Origin: an uncultured delta proteobacterium
Lineage (GTDB): Bacteria; Myxococcota_A; Polyangia; Fen-1088
Assembly: GCA_963767925.1 (NCBI GenBank)
Contig: CAVYGB010000010.1
Span: 384,001-448,000 of the forward strand
Direction of reading: 5' to 3'
Length of the DNA stretch: 64,000 nt
The position numbers and the translations under genes were made by a program. Positions within the stretch are counted from its first letter, which is position 1; the number at the start of each line of letters is the position of its first letter. This document shows, in pieces, positions 38,585-46,620 of this stretch. The notes below the pieces were generated by a model, which saw nothing but the letters and a program-made list of their open reading frames with translations, did not search any database and was not told the DNA's origin.

Positions 38585-40372
38585 GTGCGTTGGGGGCTCT
38601 GTCAGCACTACCCGCACCTCGCCCTCTCCGGCGGGCAAGGGTGAATCGCCGACAAGCACCACGGAGCGCCCCACCGGTAGATCCGCGACGCTGCCGAGCC
38701 CGCCCAGCAGCCACAGCGCGCCGCTGGGCCTCGCGGCGGCTGCCTCCCCGCCGGCCGACCGCACCAGCAGCAGGTGGATCGCCCGACCCGCGGGCGCCGG
38801 CGCAGTCCGCAGCACGAGCGCCCGGGGCGGCCTGTCGGCTGGCAGCGTGAGCTGGCAGAGGGCCAGCCCCGCTTCGGGCCACTCCTGCAGCGGCTGGGCG
38901 CAGGCGGCGGGAGGCGCGGTGGTCAGCGCGGCCCACGGCATTTGCTGGAAGGCGGGGTCACGGGTGAGGAGGACCACCGGCCCCCCCGGCGGGCCCGCCA
39001 GCTTGAAGCCGTACCCGAACACGAGCGCCCGGCCCATCGCCAGGCTGTCCGGGCCGTGAAGCGCCACGGTCTGGAGCGCCTCGGGGAGCGCGCGCTGCTG
39101 CACCAGATGTTTCTGCAGCATCTCGAGGTGCCAGACGAAGGTTCGGTCCGCCAGCGGCGCCGCCAGCGGCCAGGGGACCGCCGCCCCGTGGTGGTCGGGA
39201 ATGCGCGCCAGCGTCCGGTGGGCGGCCAGCCCGCCCGGGCTGTGCGCGGCGAGATTCCAGCGTAGCCCGCCCTGCGGGTCGGCCATGTCGAAGTTGTAGC
39301 GCGCGAAGTGCCGGCCGCCCGGGGCGGACGAGCCGAACAGGAAGGCCACCGCGGCGACCACGGTGACGCCCGCGATGGCTGCCGCCCGCCGGGCGGGCGA
39401 CAGCGCCGACAGGCGGCGAAACCCCTGGACCGCGGCAGCGGCGAAGGCCGGCGCCGCGAACATGGCGTAGTGAAACCGGAGCTGCTCCTCCACCTTCCAG
39501 CGCGTGCCGATCAACATGAGCACGCCCGGCAGAGCCCCCGCGAGCCACCTCCCGCCCAGCCAGGGCAACCCGCCCGCCGTCGCCGCGATGGCCAGGACCA
39601 GCGCCAGGCGCGCGCTCAGCAACGGCGCTACCGCACCCCGGCCGTCGCCTCCGGCCGAACCGGTCAGGTGGATCGCCATCGAGAGATCGCTGCCTCCCAG
39701 CCAGCGCCGCACCCCGAAGAAGTAGAGGGCAAAGTAGGCCGCAAACGCCGCCGCCGTCGCCAGCCGGCGCCGCTTCGACAACTGCGGCGCCGCCAGCACG
39801 GTCGCGATCGCCACCAGCGCAAACTCCTCGCGGGCCAGGCAGGCGATCCCCAGGCCCGCGAGCGACAGATGGTCGAGCGTGCCCCGCCGCCCGGCGCGCA
39901 GCAGGGCCGCCGTCGCGAACGGCACCCCCAGGAGATCCGGCCGGGCATCGAACAGGAAGGGGTTGAGCACCAGCGGCGAGCTCAGCACCACCAGCCCTAG
40001 CCAGAGCACGAGCAGCGCCGGCGCGCTCGTGCGGCTCACCTCGCGGACAACCAGCGCCGCCGTCACCCCGAAGGCGATGGCCTGGGCCGCCGCCAGGACC
40101 GCGGCCGCCGGCAGGAGCAGGGTCAACGGCGCCAGCGCCACACCCAGGAAATGGCCGTGCAGGCCGAGGTTGTGCATCCCCACCACAGGGTTCCAGGGAT
40201 CGCCATGCCCCCAGCCCCACAGCCCGCGCGCGTAGAGGAGGAGGTCGAAGCTCTGCGCGCGGCCGAAGAAGCAGAGCCGCAGCAGCAGAACCCCGACGAG
40301 GCCCGTCGCGACCGCTGCCACGGCCCCGGGCAGCCACAGATGTCGCAGCCGCGAGCCGATCCCCGCAGTCAC
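38561..40372 (-). CDS. DUF2079-like multi-pass membrane protein (GT-C-like)
   Basis: SFDLLLYARGLW...LGLHGH...LFDARPD...AREE...FHYA; many TM segments. Confidence 0.7.
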   Translation of the reverse strand: MTAGIGSRLRHLWLPGAVAAVATGLVGVLLLRLCFFGRAQSFDLLLYARGLWGWGHGDPWNPVVGMHNLGLHGHFLGVALAPLTLLLPAAAVLAAAQAIAFGVTAALVVREVSRTSAPALLVLWLGLVVLSSPLVLNPFLFDARPDLLGVPFATAALLRAGRRGTLDHLSLAGLGIACLAREEFALVAIATVLAAPQLSKRRRLATAAAFAAYFALYFFGVRRWLGGSDLSMAIHLTGSAGGDGRGAVAPLLSARLALVLAIAATAGGLPWLGGRWLAGALPGVLMLIGTRWKVEEQLRFHYAMFAAPAFAAAAVQGFRRLSALSPARRAAAIAGVTVVAAVAFLFGSSAPGGRHFARYNFDMADPQGGLRWNLAAHSPGGLAAHRTLARIPDHHGAAVPWPLAAPLADRTFVWHLEMLQKHLVQQRALPEALQTVALHGPDSLAMGRALVFGYGFKLAGPPGGPVVLLTRDPAFQQMPWAALTTAPPAACAQPLQEWPEAGLALCQLTLPADRPPRALVLRTAPAPAGRAIHLLLVRSAGGEAAAARPSGALWLLGGLGSVADLPVGRSVVLVGDSPLPAGEGEVRVVLTEPPTHKPPATAR

Positions 40373-40477
40373 ACCCGGAATATCGTCGGTCGACCACCTC
40401 GCCTTGAACGGCGACGGCCGCCGCCGACCGGCGAGGAGCTCACGTCAGGACCCGACTGACCGGTGGCCTCGGTCGGG

Positions 40478-41923
40478 CTACCCCGAGCGCAGGCGCTGGC
40501 GACGGGTGTGGAGGATCTGGGCGAACGAGCGCAGGGCGAGCTCGTCGGGGGTGAGGCCGGTCGCGGCGGCGTCTTCCAGATCGATGGCGCCCGCGCTGAG
40601 GGCGCGCAGGAAGTAGTTGAGCAAGCCCTGGCCGGTGGCGGCGTCGTCGAAGACGTCGCCGACCAGGGTGGCCTGGGCGGCCTTCTCGACGAAGGCGCGC
40701 AGGCGCTCGGCGGCCTGGTCGAGGCCTTCGAGGAAGAAGGCGAAGCTGGCGGCGTAGCGCGCGGGGAGCTGGGCGGGGTGCAGGTCCCAGCCCTGGTAGA
40801 AGCCGCCGCGCAGGGAGTGGCGGATGTGGCGGTGGGCGAGCTGCCAGGCGGCGTGGACCGCGGCCCGGTTCTGGGCCTGCTGCTCGGCGGTCAGCGTCTC
40901 TTCGGCTTGCCGGTGCGGGCCCACCGGCATGACGTTGGTGGCCCCGTCGGACAGGAAGATCCCGGTGCCGGCGTAGGCGAGCAGCATCATGCCCTTGGCC
41001 AGATCGCACATGGGGTGGGCCATGGTCTGGTGGGCGGCGGTGATGCCGCAGGAGGCGGTGTAATCGTAGGTCCCGAAGTGGGCGCCCCGGCAGCGCCCCT
41101 CGCAGGCGGCCAGGAAGCCCGGCAAGGGAGAGCGGCCGTCGGGGCCCAGCAGGGCCTGGGTCACCTCGATCATGATCTCCATGTGCAGCGTCCCCGGCCC
41201 GAGGTTGTGGCGGGCCTCGAGGATCTCGAACAGCCGCACCAGGGTGCGCGGCTGCTCGGCCAGGGTGACCTTGGGCAGGGTGACCACGAAGTTGTCGGGC
41301 AAGCGCGCAGGCCGGCCGCGCGTCTCGTGGAGGAGGGTGTCGACGAACAGCTCCAGCGTGCGGGCGCCCCGGCGCTGCCACTCCTCGCCGAAGGATTTGA
41401 TGCGGATGCCGAAGAAGGGCGGCAGGAGCCCTCCGGCCATCGCCCGGCTCACCTCGCGGGCAGCGGCCCGGGCGGCCTCGTCCTCCTCGGCGTCGGGGCG
41501 GGCGCCGAACCCGTCCTCGAAGTCGATGCGGAAGTCCTCCACCGGCTCGCGGGCCAGCTTCGCCCGCACCCGGTCGAACACGGTGAGGGCCAGCCAGGCC
41601 TCCGGCTCGCGCCGGCGGAAGGCGGCCCGATCGCGGACCAGCTCCCCCGTCAGGGCGCCCAGCTCCCTCCCCGCCAGCGCGGCGGCGGACCCGAAGCCCA
41701 CCCCGCGGGCCAGCTCCAGGGGATCGGGGGCGTAGCGCTCGAGGCTGCTTAGGGCCAGCTCGCCCAGGCGCCGGGTGGTCTCGGCTCGGTAGAGCTGCGC
41801 CCCGCCGTAGACGGTGTGGACGGGCTGGCGGCCGGGCGGATCGCCCGGGTAAAACGCGGCAAGGGTGCGGTTCGCCGCCGCCAGGGCGTCGAGGTGGTGT
41901 CGGGCCTCGTCGAGCAAGCTCAT
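40478..41923 (-). CDS. HpcH/HpaI-citrate lyase/malate synthase-like enzyme (DUF6986-type)
   Basis: RQPVHTVYGGA, EDFRIDFEDGFG, GIRIK, TLPKV, IEVTQ, HFGTYDYTA, LSDGATNVMP, GFYQGWDLHPAQL. Confidence 0.8.
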   Translation of the reverse strand: MSLLDEARHHLDALAAANRTLAAFYPGDPPGRQPVHTVYGGAQLYRAETTRRLGELALSSLERYAPDPLELARGVGFGSAAALAGRELGALTGELVRDRAAFRRREPEAWLALTVFDRVRAKLAREPVEDFRIDFEDGFGARPDAEEDEAARAAAREVSRAMAGGLLPPFFGIRIKSFGEEWQRRGARTLELFVDTLLHETRGRPARLPDNFVVTLPKVTLAEQPRTLVRLFEILEARHNLGPGTLHMEIMIEVTQALLGPDGRSPLPGFLAACEGRCRGAHFGTYDYTASCGITAAHQTMAHPMCDLAKGMMLLAYAGTGIFLSDGATNVMPVGPHRQAEETLTAEQQAQNRAAVHAAWQLAHRHIRHSLRGGFYQGWDLHPAQLPARYAASFAFFLEGLDQAAERLRAFVEKAAQATLVGDVFDDAATGQGLLNYFLRALSAGAIDLEDAAATGLTPDELALRSFAQILHTRRQRLRSG

Positions 41924-41931
41924 GGCGTGCC

Positions 41932-42270
41932 TCAGCTTCCGCGGTAGGTGGAGTAACCGAACGGGGAGAGCAGCAAGGGGATGTGGTGGTGCTCCCCCGG
42001 AGCGGTGACCTCGAAGACCACCTCCACCCGGGGGTAGAACACCGGCCGGCCGCCCGCGCGGAGGTAGGCCCCGGTGTCGAAGGTGAGCCGATAGGTCCCC
42101 GCCACCAGCCCGCCCGCCGGCAGCAGGTCCCGCACCCGCCCGTCCCCGTCGCTGACCCGCTCGGCCAGCAGGCGCCAGGACGCCGCCTCGAGCACGTCGA
42201 GGCGGATCGGCACGCCCCCCGCAGGCCGGCCCAGCGCGGTGTCGAGCACGTGGGTGGTGAGAGGGCTCAT
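41932..42270 (-). CDS. uraH: 5-hydroxyisourate hydrolase
   Basis: LTTHVLDT..G.PA...DGR...FYP...HHHIPLLLSPFGYSTYRGS. Confidence 0.96.
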   Translation of the reverse strand: MSPLTTHVLDTALGRPAGGVPIRLDVLEAASWRLLAERVSDGDGRVRDLLPAGGLVAGTYRLTFDTGAYLRAGGRPVFYPRVEVVFEVTAPGEHHHIPLLLSPFGYSTYRGS

Positions 42271-42788
42271 GGCGGCGGCCCCGCGAGCTTGTCCAGGCGG
42301 AGATGGGTGATCTTGGCCTGCTCGGCGGCGGCCTGGACGAGCTCGATCTCCGGCGGGTTCGGCAGGCGGGCCTGCAGCAGGGCCAGCATCTCGCCAGCGC
42401 TCTTGCCGGTGGCGCAAACGATGAAGATGAAGCCGAAGCGAGCCTGGTAGGCGGCGTTCCCCGCGCGCAGCGCCTCGAGCACGCCCGGATCGGCCTCCGC
42501 GACCCGGCCCTGCTCCTGGCTGGCCCAGGCGCTGGTGCCCGCGGACCGGGCCTGCAGCTCGCCGGCGCCGGCCCCGATGCGCGGATGGTGGGCGAACGTT
42601 TCGAGGAGGTCGTCGCGACCGAGCTGGGCCCACGCCTCGTCGGCGGTGGCGTGCAGGGCCGCCCGGGAGGGGAACGGCCGGCGGGACAACATCGCCTCCA
42701 CCCAGCGGCGGGCGCCACAACACGCGCCGAGGGCGGCGCGCGCCTCCTCTTCGGCGAGCGCGTTCAGCAGCGCGTGCGGCTCAGCCAC
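42267..42788 (-). CDS. uraD: OHCU decarboxylase
   Basis: CCG..RW, HHPRIG, SQEQ, NAAYQARFGFIFIVCATGKS, EQAKIT.LRL. Confidence 0.95.
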   Translation of the reverse strand: MAEPHALLNALAEEEARAALGACCGARRWVEAMLSRRPFPSRAALHATADEAWAQLGRDDLLETFAHHPRIGAGAGELQARSAGTSAWASQEQGRVAEADPGVLEALRAGNAAYQARFGFIFIVCATGKSAGEMLALLQARLPNPPEIELVQAAAEQAKITHLRLDKLAGPPP

Positions 42789-43815
42789 CGCGGCTCCCCC
42801 ACAGGCGCAGGCGGCTGACCCCGCCGTCGGGAAAGATGTCGAGCCGCACGTGGGTGGCCGGCGCCCGGGCCCCCTCGGCCACCGGGAAGAAGTGCCGCTG
42901 GTCGGCCGAGAGCCGCGTCTCGGGCAAGACGGGCGACCAGGCGGGGCTCGCCAGCAGATCGGTGATGCGCGGCGAGGCGGCCGCGCCCGCGTCGAGCGCC
43001 TCGAGAGAGAAGCGATCCGGGAAGTTGCCCTTGAAGTGGTGGGTGTCGACCTCGACGACCGCGAGCCGCCCGCGCGCGCCCAGCTTGACGAGGATCCAGT
43101 CGCGCCCGGAGCCGCGCCGGCGGGTCTCCCAGCCGTCGCCCATGTTCCGGCCGCGGCCGGGGTGGAGCAGGTTGTTCATCGGCCCGAAGAACGCGTCCGA
43201 GCAGGCGAGCGCCAGGCCGCCGTTCTTCACCGCCGCGAGATCGTCGAGACCGGCCGGCACCTGGGTCGCCGTCTCGGGGTCGCGCTCGGCCGCGTCCCAG
43301 CGCGGGTGGACCCGCCCGTAGACCCGAAAGCGGGCCACCCCCCCGTCGGGAAAGATGTTCAGCCGAACGTGGCTGACAGGCCCCTGCGGGCGGGCGCCGA
43401 ACAGGTTCTGGGAGTCGGGCCGCAGCGGGCTCTGCTCCAGCAGGGGCCGCCAGCTCGCCGGCTCGAGCGCCGCCAGCGGCGCCCCGGGCGGGGCCAGGAC
43501 CCCCTCGACCGAGGCGAACGGCGGGTGGTTGCCCCGGAAGTGGTGGGTGTCGATGTCCAGGCCCACCACCTCGCCGGGCGCGCCCAGCTCGAGGATGCAC
43601 CAGTCGTGGCCGGGCCCGCGCTTGCGGCGGCTCTCCCAGCCGTCCATCCACTTGCCGCGGTCGGTGAACTTGCCCTCGATGAACTCCCCGCGCCCCGGCT
43701 GGATCAGGTTCTCCATGCCGGCGAAGAAGTCGTCGCTGGTGGCCAGGGCCCTCCCGCCCAGGCCCGCCGCCGCCAGATCGATCAGCCCGGTGAAGCTGGC
43801 GGCCGCGTCGTTCAC
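42781..43815 (-). CDS. alc: Allantoicase
   Basis: Two repeats: SDDFFA..NLI..GKWMDGWESRRKR..DTHHFRGN..RLNIFPDGGVARFR, and MGDGWETRR..PDGGVSRLRLWG. Confidence 0.95.
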   Translation of the reverse strand: MNDAAASFTGLIDLAAAGLGGRALATSDDFFAGMENLIQPGRGEFIEGKFTDRGKWMDGWESRRKRGPGHDWCILELGAPGEVVGLDIDTHHFRGNHPPFASVEGVLAPPGAPLAALEPASWRPLLEQSPLRPDSQNLFGARPQGPVSHVRLNIFPDGGVARFRVYGRVHPRWDAAERDPETATQVPAGLDDLAAVKNGGLALACSDAFFGPMNNLLHPGRGRNMGDGWETRRRGSGRDWILVKLGARGRLAVVEVDTHHFKGNFPDRFSLEALDAGAAASPRITDLLASPAWSPVLPETRLSADQRHFFPVAEGARAPATHVRLDIFPDGGVSRLRLWGSRGG

Positions 43816-45179
43816 GATGCACCTCGCGACAGCAGCGGCCGGCCGGCCGGCTCGCCCAGGGGAAGGCCGTCGCGGTAGACGCAACGGCCGCCCAGCCAGG
43901 TGGCCACAACCTGGCCCTCGAGCCGCCGGCCGAGGTAGGGCGAGATCTTGTGGCGGAACAGGAGCGCCTCCGGCCGTACGGTGAAGTCGGCTTCGGGGTT
44001 CCACACGACCACATCGGCGTCGTACCCCGGGGCCAGCCGCCCCTTGCGGTGCCCCAGCCCGGCGAAGGCCGCCGGCCGTTCACTCATCCAGGCCGTCAGC
44101 GCGCTCAGGGTCGCGCCCCGGCGGCGCGCCTCGGTCCAGACCGCGGCCAGGCCGAGCTGCAGCGAGGCGATACCGCCCCAGGCCGCCAGGAAGTCGCCCC
44201 GCTCGGGCAGCTTGAGGTGGGGGGCGCAGGGGCTGTGGTCGGTGATCACGAAGTCGATGACCCCCTCGAAGAGAGCCTGCCACAGCCGCTCCCGGTTTTC
44301 CCGCTCCCGGATGGGGGGCGCGCACTTGAAGTGGGTGGCCCCGGCGGGGATGGCTTCGGCCTCGAAGCAGAGGTAGTGGGGGCAGGTCTCGACGGTGAGC
44401 GGCAGCCCGGCGGCCCTGGCCGCCCGGATGGTCTCCACCGACGAGGCCGTCGAGAGGTGGACCACGTGGACCGCGCAGCCCGTCTCCCGGCACAGCTCCA
44501 CCAGCAGCCGGATGGCCGCGTCCTCCCAGGCGCGCGGCCGCGAGGCGAGGTACCCGGGGTAGGCGCGGGGATCGGCTCCGGCGGGGGCGGCCAGCGGGGG
44601 GCCCAGATCCAGCTCGGCGTGGGCCAGCAGGGGCAGGCCGAGGCGCTTCAGCACGGGCATGGCCGCGCGCAGGTCGTCGGCGCTGGCGTTGGGGAACTCC
44701 TCGATCCCCGAGTGCACGAGGAAGGCCTTGCACCCGAGCACGCCGGCCTCCGCCAGCCCGGGCAGCTCCCCGAGGTTCCCCGGCACAACCCCGCCCCAGA
44801 AGCCGACATCGACGAAGAGCTGCCCGGCGGCGGCCGCGAGCTTGGCCTCCAGGGCGGCGCGGGTGGTGGTGACGGGGAGGCAGTTGAGCGGCATGTCGAC
44901 CAGGGTCGTCACGCCGCCGGCCGCCGCCGCCCGGGTGGCGGTGGCGAACCCCTCCCACTCGGTGCGGCCCGGCTCGTTGAGGTGGACGTGGCAGTCGACA
45001 AGGCCCGGGGCGATAACCAGGTCGCCGAAGTCGGTCACCACCTCGCCGGCCGGGTCCGGGGCCGGCGGGCGCCCGGGATCTTCGACCGCCTCGATGCGGC
45101 CGGCGCGCATCCAGACCGTGGCGGGGCCGATGCCCTCCGGCCTGACCACCCGGCGGCTGCGCAGGCCCTCGCGCGGCAT
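43812..45179 (-). CDS. allB: Allantoinase
   Basis: PGLVDCHVHLNEPGRTEWEGF..AAAAGGVTTLVDMPLN, HAE, HVVHLS, ETCPHYL, KCAPPIR, TDHSP, AWGGI. Confidence 0.95.
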   Translation of the reverse strand: MPREGLRSRRVVRPEGIGPATVWMRAGRIEAVEDPGRPPAPDPAGEVVTDFGDLVIAPGLVDCHVHLNEPGRTEWEGFATATRAAAAGGVTTLVDMPLNCLPVTTTRAALEAKLAAAAGQLFVDVGFWGGVVPGNLGELPGLAEAGVLGCKAFLVHSGIEEFPNASADDLRAAMPVLKRLGLPLLAHAELDLGPPLAAPAGADPRAYPGYLASRPRAWEDAAIRLLVELCRETGCAVHVVHLSTASSVETIRAARAAGLPLTVETCPHYLCFEAEAIPAGATHFKCAPPIRERENRERLWQALFEGVIDFVITDHSPCAPHLKLPERGDFLAAWGGIASLQLGLAAVWTEARRRGATLSALTAWMSERPAAFAGLGHRKGRLAPGYDADVVVWNPEADFTVRPEALLFRHKISPYLGRRLEGQVVATWLGGRCVYRDGLPLGEPAGRPLLSRGAS

Positions 45180-46594
45180 CACGGCTCGGTCTCCGAAAAG
45201 CGGCAGAGGCTGTCGAGGTGCTGGTCGCGGTCCTCGTGGAAGAAAGACCCGGTGATCGCCGAGACCAGCCGGGGGATGGAGTATTTCATGCCGGAGATGC
45301 TGGCCCCGCCGAGGCCCAGGCTGAGCAGGCAACCGAAGGTGTAGTTGTACAGGTAGCGCAGATACGGCGCCTGCCCGGGGATCCGCTCGGTCAGCTCGAA
45401 CCCGGGCCCCAGGTAGGGGTGGCGCGCCAGGTCCTCGTGCTGCTCGCCCTCGGGCGGCGTGTAGCGATCGGCCCAGCGGGCGATGTGCGGCTCGACGATC
45501 GCCAGCTCGGGCCGGAGCCGCAGGTCGGTCACGAAGCCGGTCCCCACGATGACGAAGTCGGCCTCGAACGTCTGATCGTCGGTGCGGATGAGGACGGTGT
45601 CGCCCCGGGCCTCGAACGACCGGCAGCTCGCCCGCGGCTGCAGGTGAAACCCCGGGTGGCGGCTGGCCCGCGCGAGGGTGTCGGCCGGCGGCAATTGCCC
45701 CATGCGCACGATCTGACGGATGAAGCGCCACTTGTCGGCGTCGGGGAGGTCGCCGAGGTGGCGCAGGAACCCGACGAACTCCGCCCAGCGGTAGGCGTTC
45801 ACGGTGACAAGGGCCGCCCGGCGGAAGAACAGGCGCACCTCGCGGGCCCCGTGCTCGAGCGCGACGGCGGCGTTGTCGAAGGCCGAGGCGCCCGCCCCCA
45901 GCACCGCCACCCGCTTGCCGGCCAGGGCCGGGAAGTCGATGTCCCGGCGGGTGTGGGCGTACAGCCGCTCGGGCAACGCCGCGCGGATCATGGCCGGCAC
46001 GTGCCACTGACCCGAGCCCTCGATGCCGGTGGCCAGCACCACCCGGCGGGCGTGCAGCGCCGGCAACCCGGCGCCGCTGCGGGCGTCGCTGCAGGGGATC
46101 TCCCAGGCGCGCTCGGCGACGTTCCAGGCCAGGACGCCCACCCGGGTGTCGGGGCGCACCGGGATGTCCAGTGTGTGGCGGTACCAGGCGAGGTAGGAGG
46201 CCCAGCCCTCCCGGGGCAGACGCTCGAGGCCCTCCCAGCTCCCCGGGCCGTGCTGGGCCTCGTACCAGGCCCGGGGGGTCAGGCTGGGGATCCCGAGATC
46301 CGGCCCGGTGAGGTGCTTGGGCGTGCGCAGGGTGGCCATGCGGGCGAAGCTCAGCCAGGGACCGGCGCGATCGAGCGGGTTCTCGTCGAGGACCAGCAGG
46401 CGGGTCACCCGCTCGCGCAGGAGCCCGAAGGCGGCGGCCAGCCCGCTTTGGCCCCCGCCCACGATCACAACGTCGTGGATGGCCTGGCCGTCGGCCGTGC
46501 GGCGGGGGCTCAACCAGTCGCGCCGGGGGTAGTCCAGCAACCCCAGGTCGCGCCGCACGCGCTCGGCGTGCTCGTCGAGAGCCGTCCCCGTCAC
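45179..46594 (-). CDS. hpyO: FAD-dependent urate hydroxylase, HpyO-like
   Basis: IVGGGQSG, GPWLSFARMATLRTPK.LTGPDLG.PSLT..AWYEAQ, LGAGASAFDNA; first gene of the urate catabolic operon. Confidence 0.8.
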   Translation of the reverse strand: MTGTALDEHAERVRRDLGLLDYPRRDWLSPRRTADGQAIHDVVIVGGGQSGLAAAFGLLRERVTRLLVLDENPLDRAGPWLSFARMATLRTPKHLTGPDLGIPSLTPRAWYEAQHGPGSWEGLERLPREGWASYLAWYRHTLDIPVRPDTRVGVLAWNVAERAWEIPCSDARSGAGLPALHARRVVLATGIEGSGQWHVPAMIRAALPERLYAHTRRDIDFPALAGKRVAVLGAGASAFDNAAVALEHGAREVRLFFRRAALVTVNAYRWAEFVGFLRHLGDLPDADKWRFIRQIVRMGQLPPADTLARASRHPGFHLQPRASCRSFEARGDTVLIRTDDQTFEADFVIVGTGFVTDLRLRPELAIVEPHIARWADRYTPPEGEQHEDLARHPYLGPGFELTERIPGQAPYLRYLYNYTFGCLLSLGLGGASISGMKYSIPRLVSAITGSFFHEDRDQHLDSLCRFSETEP

Positions 46595-46620
46595 CCTCCC
46601 CCCAGTCTATCGCGTCTGGT

